A stretch of DNA of 64,000 nt from Dictyostelium discoideum (lineage: Eukaryota): contig CM000154.2 in the NCBI GenBank assembly GCA_000004695.1, forward strand, positions 4,448,001 to 4,512,000. Direction: 5' to 3'. The number at the start of each line of letters is the position of its first letter. Position 1 is the first letter of the stretch. Shown here one piece after another: positions 1 to 12,221 of this stretch. The notes under the pieces are model-generated. The model saw only the letters and a list, made by a program, of their open reading frames with translations, had not been told where the DNA came from and did not search any database. Position numbers and translations under genes: made by a program.

Positions 1-16
1 CTGTATTTTGTACCAT
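1..16 (-). CDS. Start of a further PKS paralog (first codons M-V-Q-N-T), gene body lies left of the window
   Basis: Reverse complement of 1..16 reads ATG GTA CAA AAT ACA G, which matches the MVQNTDNN start of PKS copies A and C. The flanking 5' region (140-205) carries the same conserved upstream motif as the other copies. Confidence 0.5.
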
Positions 17-140
17 TTTCTCTTTTTATAAATAATATAAATATAAAATAAAAATAAAAATAAAATAAATTTGAAATTTAAATTATTGTTTAATATAAAT
101 TTTTAAAAAGAAATAAATAAAAAAAAATTAAATTTTGGTT

Positions 141-205
141 GGTTTATTATAAACTGTTCATTTTTAGTTCATATTAAATTAAAATTAAAACTGATATATT
201 TAACA
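141..205. promoter_or_regulatory. Conserved proximal upstream motif of the PKS paralogs (copy belonging to the PKS gene that starts at 16)
   Basis: aaactgttcatttttagttcatattaaattaaaattaaaactgatatatttaacagcttgcttac lies 125-190 bp upstream of the ATG. The same motif lies at the same distance from the PKS-A and PKS-C ATGs (10979..11046, 34381..34448). It is absent upstream of PKS-B. Confidence 0.5.
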
Positions 206-853
206 GCTTGCTTACTAAAATTTGTAAGAGGGGTGGGGGTGTGGTAAAAGTTTTTCGAAATGAAGATTAAAAAAAAAAAAAGTAATATAAAAAAAAGGGT
301 TAGATTGTATTGATTAGATATTACCTGTAACAATATTTCTATGAATATCTTGTTATATTAATAACCCAATTTATTTTTAGTATACTTTACAATACAATAA
401 TTATCGTCTCATTAAATTAAAAATTAATAATTATAAAATATTCAATTTTGATAATTAATTACCATTTTATACTAAATTTTATTTAATTTTTACTACGTAT
501 GTACATTTTTATTTAATTAAATTAATTCAAAAATTTTAATTCTCCACTTGTCAGATATACACTAAGATTTAGATAATGATACTAAGGATAGAGAGAATAA
601 TTTTAAATTCAATTCTTCATACTAAATAAGATCAAATTAAAGAAATTATTGATAATTATTATATTAATAATAAAAATCAATCACTTTTTCTAAATATTTC
701 CCAACTCCAACCAGATTGAATTAGATGTAAAAGATAGGATTTTGAAGATATACATTATCTCATTTTTTAATTTTTTTTTTTTTTATTATTACTTTGATAA
801 ATATTTTTTTAGTTATTTTTTATTAATTTATTATTATTTAATATTATGTTTTT

Positions 854-1384
854 TTAGTTACTGTTACTATTAATATTATTTAAAATGATTGATTCATTAA
901 TTTCCCAATCTTGATGATTATATGAACCAATTGAAATTAATAATTCTTTTGTGCTATTTGACATTTTGAATAAACTATTGATTTTAAAAGTTGATATCAA
1001 TAAATTTTGATTATCATGAATGTGGAATGCTGAATATCTTTTTGATGATTTTCCATTTGATTTTGAAACTAATTTAATCCATTCTTGGTAATCGATTTCT
1101 TTGCAATTAAATTTATTTTCTAAAAACTCATAAATTGATTTCATTTCAATTGAATTACCATTTAAACTGTAAATTGAAATTGGTTTTGATTTATTTTGAT
1201 TCCAACTGTTTTCATTGAATATTAAATCAATTGTGGTTTTAGCTATAGTTGTAATTGGAGTTGTGAAAATTGGTTTATGAATATTTGGATAATAACCAAT
1301 CTCTTTTGAAACTTTTAATAAAAGTGATACGAAATCATTTGAATGACCTATACCTGTTATTGGATTTGAGAATATATCTGAATT

Positions 1385-1475
<91 letters not shown>

Positions 1476-4400
1476 GTAATAATAATATTAATAATAATAA
1501 TAATAAAATGTTTATTTTATTAGAATCTATAAATTTAATATTAAAGGTTAATCATATATTAAATATTACATACCAGGTGGTCTAATAATGATTGATGGTA
1601 TACCTCTTGATTCTGCTGCGTTTGTTAATAATTTCTCTGAAATAACTTTACATTGAATATATCCAATTGGTGTAGTATAAAAATTTGGTAATATATTTGT
1701 TTCTTCAAATGTTTCTCCATCTTTTAATTGATGATTAATAAATACTGCAATTGATGAAAAATGAACTATTAACTTTTGTGAGCTATTATTTGAAACTGAT
1801 AATTTTATAACTTGATTGATGCTGTCAACATTTACAGTTTTACTTTCTTCATAATTTGATTTTAAATTTAAATCTGCTGCTGAATTTATAATAATATCAC
1901 ATTCATTTGAAAGTTTTAAATAATCTTGTTCAGTCAAACCAAATTTATCTTTTGAGACATCACCAATCATTGGAATGATTTTAATTAATTGATCTTCACT
2001 TATTTGTTTATTGTTATTTTCACTGTTTTCAATATTACTATTTAATTTATCATTTGACATATTACCTGTACGATTGATTATTTTTGTTAATCTTTGATTT
2101 GGTGATTCTTTGTTCATATCTATTAATTGATGTTTTTTTAAATTATTAATAATTACATCGATTGGATTTGTTAATTTTGAATTATTTCTAATTAAACAAT
2201 AAATTTTTGAGATATTGTCCATTTTAATTAATTCTGTTAATAAATATGCACCCAAAAATCCTGTTGAACCTGTTAGGAATATTGATTTATTATTATTATT
2301 ATTTAATATATTTTTAATTGAATATGGTCTTGAAATGATTGATTCATTTAATTTAATTTCATTTTTAATAAATTCATCAAGTGATTGTTGTTCTTTTTTA
2401 ACTAAATTGTTATTATTATTGTTATTTTTGTTTTTGTTATTATTGATATGAGCCGATTTAATAATTTCAATTGATTGATTGATTTTATTATTTTGTAATT
2501 GTTGAATTGTGATAAGATTATGACCTATTTGATTATCGATAAAATTCTTTAATTGTACAATCACTAAGCTATCCATACCATATTGTGTGAGTTGAAGGTC
2601 TTCATTGATTTTAGATTCATCAATTGATAATAATTCACAAATCTTATTTAAAATTGTTGAACGAATAATTTCATTATTATCACCACCATTACCACTAGAA
2701 GAAGATTTGATTTGGCTTAATTTTTTAGAAATATTAATTTGATAATCGAATTTTGTTAGGAAATGATTTGTTAAAGTTGATGGTAAAACTTCAAAATTGA
2801 AATCTGATAAGCAATAGTTAGGATATTGATGTTGATTTTGAATGAATAAATCTAATGAACTAATAACGAGTTGAGGTGAGAATAGTTTTAAAATTGAACT
2901 CTTGAACATTGTTTCAATTGCATTATTACGTGATATGAAACCAGTTGATGATATCGCACCTAAATTAATGGCTAAAGATGGTAATCCAATTGAATGTCTA
3001 TACTTTGATAATGAATCGATAACACTACATGCACTAACATAACAACATTGTTGATCTGATCCAAATATTGAAACTATTGATGATGCCATTATAAATTGTT
3101 TGATATTCCATGAACGATTAATTGATTGATTGTGAAGATTGATTGCTCCAATTGTTTTAGCACCATGTGCATTATTTAAACGATTCATATCAACTTGTTG
3201 AACATCACCAATATCATTCATAAATGCAAAATGAATGATTGAATCAATATTTGTAATATTTTCATTTAATTCTAATTGATTTAATACTTGATTAACTTTA
3301 TTTGAATCTTCAATATCGATTTGATTGAAATGGAATTTAATATTATTATCTTTTTTAAATTTGCTTTGATTGATTAATAATTCTAATTCCCATTTTAATT
3401 TTGATTTTGAAAGTATTATAATATTTTCAATTGAATGGTTTGAATATTTAACCAAATATTTTAATATTTCTAAAACAATACCAGTTTGACCAGTGAGTAA
3501 AATATTTTTACCAATATTTAATTTTGAAATATCATATGAATGTTTCATTATGATTTGATTGTTATTACTTTGATAATTATTATAAACTCTATTAAATTCA
3601 TCTTGATTATGATTAACAATGATTTTACCAATATGTTTTCTTTGATTTATATATTCAATTGCATCTTTAAATTGATTATTTGAATATTCAATGATTGGTA
3701 CACTTAACTCTAATTCATTTGAATTGATCATTTTGATAATTTTCTTTAAATAGCTTTTGATTAATTTGCTTGGGAAATCTACGACTTCTACGTTATTGTA
3801 ACCCATATTAAACTTGTAATGATTGTTTGTCATATAATCATTTGGTGTGAGATGGGTGATACTTAAATCAACGATACATCCTGACATATTTAAACATTGG
3901 AAATTTGAATCCATATACTCTGATGATAATGTATTTAATATTATATCTACACCTTGTTGATTTTGTTCAACTACACCTAATTCTATTAATTTATTCTTAA
4001 TCTCGTAAACATAATCTTTATTACGAGATGAATAGATAGCAGTAATTAATGATCCATATTTCTTTGTTAAGTATTCTTCTTTATCTTTTGAACCAACTGT
4101 TAAAAATATATAACCTTGATGTTGTTTACTTTTTAATAAATCTAAAGATGATATACCGACACCACCTGCTGCTGAATGAATTAAAATTGATTCATTTGAT
4201 TTTAAATTACCAATACTATAGATACTATGTAATGATGTAATATAAATAGATGGTATTGATGCTGAAACTGAATGATTATAATTTAATGGTTTATAATAAA
4301 TAAAATTGAAATCTATAATAACATGTGAACTATTTGTTTTTGAACCAATACCACAAACTTGATCACCAACTTTAAATTTCTTTACATTACTACCTAATCT

Positions 4401-7400
4401 TGTAATTATACCACTAAAGTCATTACCAATGTTTGGATTATCAATACCAATACCATTTTCAATTTCATACTCTTTACCATATTTAATATCTAAATCTGTA
4501 CCAATCATGCCAATATACATTAAATAATCTTTATAATTTATACCATTTGCCTTAACTTCTATCTCTACTTCATTTGAATTTAATTCAGCTTTTTTACTAT
4601 ATAATTGATATTCTAAATTTGAATTTAATTGAATATATAAATTATCTTTATTGGTTTCAAATGATTCAGATTGGAATATACTTTTAATATTATTTGATCT
4701 TCTACAATATCTTTCATAGTATACTTTATTATTATTAATTGTAAATTCTTTTTGAATATTATTATTTGGATTGATTAAATAATTGATTAATGATAATTGT
4801 TGATTATTTTCAATTGAAACATTATCATAATTTAAAATATATAAATCTAATTGTGGGAATTCAACGAAATAACGAGCAGCACCAATAATTGATGATGATA
4901 AATAATTATCAGTGCTTGAATTTAATGATAATAATAAATGTTTGAAATTATTTGATAATTCTAATTTTAATATTAATTGATTAATTTGAATGTATTCAAA
5001 TGTGATTTCTTTGAAATTAAAAGTATTCATTGTTGATTCAATTGATTTTAAAAATATTATTAATGTTTTATTACAATCATCTTTATTTTGATTATTTGTG
5101 ATCCATGATTGAAATTCATTATAATTATTAATATTAATGATTTTATGTTTTAATTCTTGATTTGATCTTATTAAATCAAGAATACTACTGCTGCAACTAT
5201 TTCTATTTTTATCATTACTATTATTATTATTGCAAAATAAAATGATATTATTGAAAGAATTTAATTGATCTAATGATATTGATTGTTCTGAAATGATTTC
5301 ATTAATTGTTGGTTTTCTAGTTTGAATTAAAAATAGTAAATTATCATTACCAGACATTATTGTATCTCTATAATTACATTGATTTAAAAGGTTGATCCAT
5401 TTCTCTTGTTTCATACAACATCTATCAGGTCTTAATTCGATATCACTATCAGAGGATGGCCACCATTGTGAAAAACAACCGAAAATTGAATCATAATAAA
5501 ATGATTTGTATGGTGGTTCTATATATAAAAGTTGACCATTTGGTGTTAATATATTATGAATTTCATTTAATGTTGGTTTGAGTTTCTTAACGACATGCAT
5601 AACATTTGACATTACAATGAAATCATAATAGGATGCTTTAAGATCTTGATCTAATAATGGTTTCTCTAAATCTAATACACGATAGATAATATTTAAATTG
5701 TTATGATTTGTAAATGATGAAAACTTTTCTTTAATTTCAGCAAAAAATGATGCAGATACATCACTCCATGTAAATTCTATATTAATGATTGATGTTGTAC
5801 TATTATCGTTTAATAATTTACAAATCTTTTCTAAAATTAATAAACTAAGACTACCAGTACCGCCACCTGCTTCTAATATACGAAATACAATTGGTTCATT
5901 TAAAATTGGTTTTAGAGTTTCGACTATAATTTCACTTAATAAATTATTCAATGGTTGAACTACTCTTGAATTCTTATAAAAGTCATCTAAAAAACCACTT
6001 TCAAATAATGATTGTGGTGTATCTGTAATGGAATCATCATCTTTTAATGGGAATAGCTGTTTTGCCATTATTTTAGTTGTTCTAATATATAACTCTTCAT
6101 GTTTGGATTTAATATTACTGTGATTATTGTCATGGTTAAGAATATTACTATATCTCTTTAAATTTTCAAAAATGAATTTGAAAAGATTTTCATTTGCTAA
6201 ACTATTATAATATAATTGTTTGAATTGATTATATTCTAATGTTGTTAATGATTCTAAATTAATACTTGGAGATCTATTATTAATGTGTTTATAAAATAAT
6301 GACAATAATAATTCATTTGAAATGAATTGATTATCTTCTTCTTTGACACTAAATTCATCCACACTATATAAATGTTTGAATTGTTCAGGTTTGTTAATGA
6401 TAGAATCTTTTAATTGAAGATATGGTGTATAGATATCATTTGATGGTGGCTTACAAATTATTGTGCTATCAGGATTGGAGCCAAGTGAAACTAAAGCGCA
6501 AACTACATTTGAGATATCAACTAATAATGTACCATTTGGAAGTATGACTTTAACTGATACTGAATATGTTTGAGAATTGGTTCTTGGTTTAATATCTGAA
6601 AAAACATATAATTCTTTAATACTATCATCATCACTATTATTATTGTTGTTATTTTTATTTAATAATGGAATATTTGAAGAGTAAAATTTGAAAGCTTCAA
6701 TTTTATCAAGTACGACTGGTTGTGTAACTGCAACTAATGACCCATGTAAACAAGTATCTAAAATTGCTGCATTAAAGAATGTATTCATATTGTTATTGTT
6801 GATCAAATGATTATATTCTTTTTGATTATAAATTTCATTTAATGATACTATTGCTAATGAACAATTATTACCGATATAACATTGTTTTACACCTTGAAAT
6901 AAACCTTTGTATGTTAAATTTGTTTTAATTCTAATAGTTTCATAAAAATCTTGTTTTGACATGCTTGTAAAATTACATTTATCTTTTAATGATTGAATAT
7001 TAATTAATTTGTTACTGGTGATACTGTTATGTTTGGTTAAACTAAAATTACCAAGAGATGATAATATCCATTGATTTGTTTTTTGATCTTTGTAATGACT
7101 TTTAATATTGAATTCATTCTTTGATAATGGTGCAATTATAGTTTGTAAACATTGATTATTACCTTCTGTTAATACTAATGGTGATTTAAATTCTAATGAG
7201 CTAATTGTAATATCTTGATTTGGATAAATTGATAATAAATTATGAACATATCCCATTCCTGGATAATAGAATTTATCACTAACTTGATGACCTTTTAACC
7301 ATTGGAATGGTGATTTCTTGATATCGATAAATGTTTGATATGATAGATATGGTGAATCTGTATTATTACCAAGGTTATTAATGGATGGACCTTCACTTTT

Positions 7401-9226
7401 AATCTTTTCAAGTGATGAGTTTAGTTTAAAGTATTCTTTATCATCCCATTGGTAAAGTGGTAAATTATTTAATTTGGTTGTGTTACTAATGTTGTTGTTG
7501 TCATTGATTAATTGTGATTTGAAATTAATATCAAAATTATTATTGACATATAATAAAGAGATTGTCTTTAAGAATTCATTATAATCATTCTTCTTTTTAT
7601 TTAATGGTGAATAGATTGTAATGTTTTTACCATTATTAAAGTAACTTGATTGAGTTGATTTCATTTGATTTAAGTAATATTGTAATGTTGGATGTGGTGA
7701 AACTTCAATGAATGTAATTTCATTACCCATATCATTTGATTCGATATGTTTGTAAAGATTTGTAATTGTTTGTGTGAAATATACTGGTTGAATAATATTA
7801 TCAAATACATAATTTGCATTGAATGGTGAAGTTTGATGATTGAATAAATTGGTTGTAACTGTTGAAAATACTGCTATCGATGGTTGTTTCGATGAAATAT
7901 TTAATGAACATACTTCATCTTTAATCATTTGTTGACTTGATGTATGAAATGATGATAATGATCCTAACATTGAACAAAAGATATCATTTGATTTGAATTC
8001 ATTGGTAATTTCATTTAATAAGTCTTCATTACCTGCGATAACGATTGATGTTGGTGAATTGTAACATGCAATTTCTAATGATTTATATTTAGTTGTAGAT
8101 TGATATTTATTAATGAATTCATCTGAACTAATATTAACTGATAACATTCTACCTGTACCTGTGGTTCTATTTTGAGCTACTGATCTATGGTAAGTCAAGT
8201 AACATAATGTTTGAAAATCAATCATACCTGAACAATATGGCGATGATACTTCACCAAGAGAATGACCAATGATAATATCTGCTGAAACACCCCAATGTTT
8301 ATATAATTCATAGAGTGATACTTGAATGATAACATTTGCAGGTTGTGCTAAAATTGGTTGATGAATTGATATTAAATCTTTATCATCAATTGATCTTAAT
8401 TTATCTAAAACTGAATAACCATAATATTTGAATAACTCTTTATCGAATCTATTGACAGATTCTCTAAATATTGGTTCATTATCATATAATGATAATGCCA
8501 TTTTATTATATTGTGAACCTTGACCACATAATACCATTACTGTGATTGGTGATTTCTTTTTTTCAACTGTAATATTTGAAATTAAATTATCACTATTATT
8601 TAATTTGATTTGATTGCTTTCATCTTGAAATTCATTCCAATCACTTGCGATTATAACTGATTTTTGAATTAATGATGTTGATTTGAATTTAATTTGATTA
8701 TATACAAATTCTTTGAAACTTGTTGTTGTTGGCGATGAGTTTGAATTTGAATGTTTAATTATTGATGATTTATAATTATTTAATGATGTTGATGAATTGC
8801 TTGAGAGTGGTATTAAATATTTCTTTTTTTCATTTAAATTATTATCAATTTCCATTTTGTGATAACCATTACCATTACCATAACGACTAAGATTATTTTT
8901 AAATTCAGATAATATTAAACAAACATTTGAACCTAAATAAAAATTGATAATTTTAAATTGTTAATATAAGTTATTTGTATAAAAAGTATGTAATGATATA
9001 TTTACCAGTAACACCGAAATTATTAATTAACATGACAGTTGATTTATTTTCATTAAATTTAATTGGTTCAGTGACAACTTTTAATCCCCATTCTTTAAAA
9101 TTAATTAATGGATTTGGTTCTTTGAAATTAATATTTTGAAGAAATAGTTTATTTTTAAACATTAAACAACATTTAATTAATGATGCAACTCCTGAACATG
9201 CTGTTATTATTTATTATTATTTATTT

Positions 9227-9266
<40 letters not shown>

Positions 9267-10868
9267 AATAATATTAAATGTTAGTAATTAATGATTGACT
9301 ATGGTTATTATTGATCTAAGTCTAATTTTTAATTAATTAGCTTACCTTCAGTATGCCCAATATTTGATTTAATTGATCCAATTAAAACTTGTTTATGATT
9401 ATTATTTGTTGTTGCTGGTGCTTTATTGAAAACTCTTGATATACCTTCTAATTCTATTGGATCACCAGTTGGAGTACCAGTACCATGAGTTTCACAATAA
9501 TCAATATCAGATTCATTGATTTGACCATTGGTTGATTTGATTGCTAATTTGATATTTTCATACTGAGATGATTTTGATGGTGAATAAAAGTTTAATTTAT
9601 CAAAATTACCATCGATATTTGAACTTGATCCTTTGATTACACAATAGATATTATTTGAATCTTTGATTGCATCTTTTAATTTCTTTAATACAACGATACC
9701 AACACCTTCTGAACGAACATAACCATCAGCATCCGATGAAAATGTATGACATCTACCTGTTGGACTTAAAAGACCTAATTGTGTAAATGATTTTGAAATG
9801 TGTGGATCTATAAATAAATAAAAATTATTTGATAATTAATATATTTGTTTTAATTTTTTTTTTTTTTTTTTTTTATTTTTTTTTTTTTAATTTTTAAATT
9901 TATCACATACCTAATATAAAATTAACACCACCAACAATTGAAACATTTGATTTATTTGATTTAATTGAATTATATCCACAATTAATTGCATTTGATGAAC
10001 TTGAACAAGCTGTATCAATTGTTAAATTTTCACCTCTATTTTTTATAAAAAAATAATCACGATAATAACAATTAGTATTATAATTAAGTTTTTAGTGTGT
10101 GCCAAAAAAGATAAATCAAAAACATACCTAAAATCAAAGCAATAACCAATTCTATTTGCAACGGAATGAGTTGATGAACCAAAAATATTATTTTGAGTTT
10201 CAAATGATGATTTTTGAAGATTATTATAATCAATAGTACTACTACCAATAAATGTACTTGTATTGGTACCACGTAAACTAATTGGATCAATACCACTATC
10301 TTCTAATGCTTCCCATACACCTGTTTGTTGATTTTATTTTAAAAAACATTATTAATGGGTAAATGAAAAAAAAATGAAAAAAAAAATTTGGTGGTTATTT
10401 TTTATTTTTTTATTTTTTTTTTTTGGTTGGTTTCATTTTTATATTTTTTGGCGCCAAACCTGATGAAAATTTCCAAAACACTTATAATGAATACATACAT
10501 TTTAATAAAAATCTTTGTTGTGGGTCTATTGAACTGACATTATCATTGCTTGGATTAATTGCAAAGAAGATTGGATCAAATTGTTTCCATTCATCAAGTG
10601 GAAGTAAACCAGCAAACTTTGAAGCAATTTCACCATTTAAAAAATAATTATCAGACCATCTTTCAGAAGTTGTAACGATTCCATCCAATCCATTCAATAA
10701 TTCATTAAATAATTGATTTGGTTTGGAAATTGATTCTTTTAAACTACCACTTGGAAATCTTAAACCAATACCAATAACTGCAACATCACCACTACTACCA
10801 GCATCATCATAATCATTTATATCCCTTATTAATTGATTGTAAGTATTATTATCTGTATTTTGTACCAT
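854..10868 (-). CDS. Highly reducing type I polyketide synthase, copy A (KS-AT-DH-cMT-ER-KR-ACP-R), 7 exons, about 3075 aa
   Basis: Exons (minus strand) reconstructed from the ORF track plus GTATGT/GTAAGT...AG splice signals: 10868..10499, 10320..10128, 10035..9911, 9807..9346, 9200..9006, 8932..1574, 1377..854. Phases are consistent across all junctions.
Domain motifs:
- KS: N-terminal [13 protein letters not shown], active-site DTACSSS (exon 3), [12 protein letters not shown] and NIGHTEG (exon 4)
- AT: GQGSQ (about 8511-8525) and GHSLGE (about 8250-8267)
- DH: [15 protein letters not shown] (about 7289)
- C-MT: [13 protein letters not shown]-binding (about 5857-5884)
- ER: HSAAGGVG (about 4160-4185)
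- KR: LLTGQTGIV (about 3480-3510)
- ACP: GMDSL (about 2565-2578)
- terminal reductase: [14 protein letters not shown] (about 2249-2280)
The last intron (1378..1573) holds an (ATT)n microsatellite. Confidence 0.9.
1387..1506. repeat. (ATT/AAT)n microsatellite inside the last intron of PKS-A
   Basis: About 40 perfect trinucleotide units between the donor (GTATGT at 1573) and the acceptor (AG at 1378). The same repeat sits at the same intron position in PKS-C (24705..24800). Confidence 0.9.
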
Positions 10869-11100
10869 TTTCTTTTTTCTTAATAAATTAATATAACAAA
10901 TTAAAATAAAATATAATAAAATAAATGTGATATTTAAAAATTAAAATTAATAGAAAAAAAATAAAAATTAAATTTTATTTTAAACTGTTTAACAATTTTT
11001 AGTTCATATCAAATTAAAATTAAAACTGATATTTTTAACAGTTTTGCTTACAAATTCAAAGAAGATCTGGGTGTGCTGATATTTATTTGGGAAAAATGAT

Positions 11101-11137
<37 letters not shown>

Positions 11138-11650
11138 ACAGATTGCACAGGTATAGTTTAGATTTATTTATTTTTAATTTATATAAAATCAAAATCATAA
11201 TATAACCCCCACTCCCAACATTAATAATTAATTTTATTCTTATTTTAACAATTTTTTTTTTTTTTTTTCATAAAGTTTAATATTTTCGTTGGAATTAATG
11301 ATTGGTTTTAAAATTTATAAAAAAACAGTTTATTGCAACCACATTTGTACAATAATAATTTTATCTTTTTTTTAATTGGAAAATGGTTATCAAAATTCTA
11401 ATAATGAATTTAATTTTTTCTGTTGTTTTAAAACGTTTCAAGTGTGTTTATTTTTAGAAATAATAAAAAGTTTATTAATTAATTAAAAAAAAAAAAAATT
11501 TGGTGGTTGATTTTTTTTTTTTTTTAAAAAAAAGATGTTAAATTTTAACCCAATTCCCCCATTTAAAGATCAATTTATTTTAACAAACAAAACGTTTTTT
11601 TCAATAATTTTTTTTAATATTATTTTATATAAAAAATAGTCCCTACTCTT
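10869..11650. repeat. About 780-bp conserved PKS upstream block (near-identical copy at 34269..35045)
   Basis: The sequence from the ATG of PKS-A to about 11650 is almost base-for-base identical to the sequence upstream of PKS-C. It includes the about-65-bp motif aaactgtttaacaatttttagttcatatcaaattaaaattaaaactgatatttttaacagttttgcttac (10979..11046 and 34381..34448) and a distal about-300-bp module (11281..11595 and 34670..34997). The duplication unit therefore includes about 0.8 kb of 5' flank. Confidence 0.85.
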
Positions 11651-12221
11651 TAAAATAATAAATCATAAAAAATAAAATAAAATAAAATAAAAAAAAAATA
11701 TTTTTTTTTATTTTAGTGATATTACCTTTTTTTATTTGATTTTTATTTAAATTGCCTCGCCGAATTGTTTTCGATTAGTTTTTAAATTTTAAAAAAAATA
11801 TCAAATTCCACTGGAAAATTTATATTATTTTTATCTTTAATTATTTTTTTTGGTAATATAACCATATTTTAATTAAAAAAAAAAAAAAAATAAAAAAAAA
11901 TATTAGAATCAAACCTTTATACTTTTATTTATCAATTAATTTAAAAAAAAGGCACTTTAACAATTGGTGAATAGAATTGTACTATATTAGTTAATAGTTT
12001 TCATGGTGAATCACCAAAATTATTTTTTATATTTAATATCTTAGTTCACATTTTCATAAGATCAAATTTTAGAATTTTATTGTTTGCCATTCATTCTTTG
12101 AAAATGGTTTTTTATTTTAAAGAACAACCAGAAGGGGGTAAATTTTATTTGTGATTTTTATAAAAAAAAAAAAATTAATTCGATTTGATTTATGAACATG
12201 GTCTTCAAATGATTGATTCAT

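Noticed and set aside
2215-2451. Short plus-strand ORFs inside the PKS large exons (2215..2451, 4049..4240, 13892..14083, 18235..18420, 27371..27562, 29840..30100, 63752..63958), some 'conserved' between copies
   Set aside because: They are antisense to a long, domain-rich PKS reading frame and rich in Leu/Ile/Tyr codons from AT bias. Their conservation is only a consequence of the tandem duplication.
10084-10296. ORFs 10084..10296, 33364..33576 and 10423..10647 within the PKS 5' region
   Set aside because: They lie in the wrong frame or strand relative to KS exons 1-2 and intron 1. The true coding exons were reconstructed from splice signals and KS homology.
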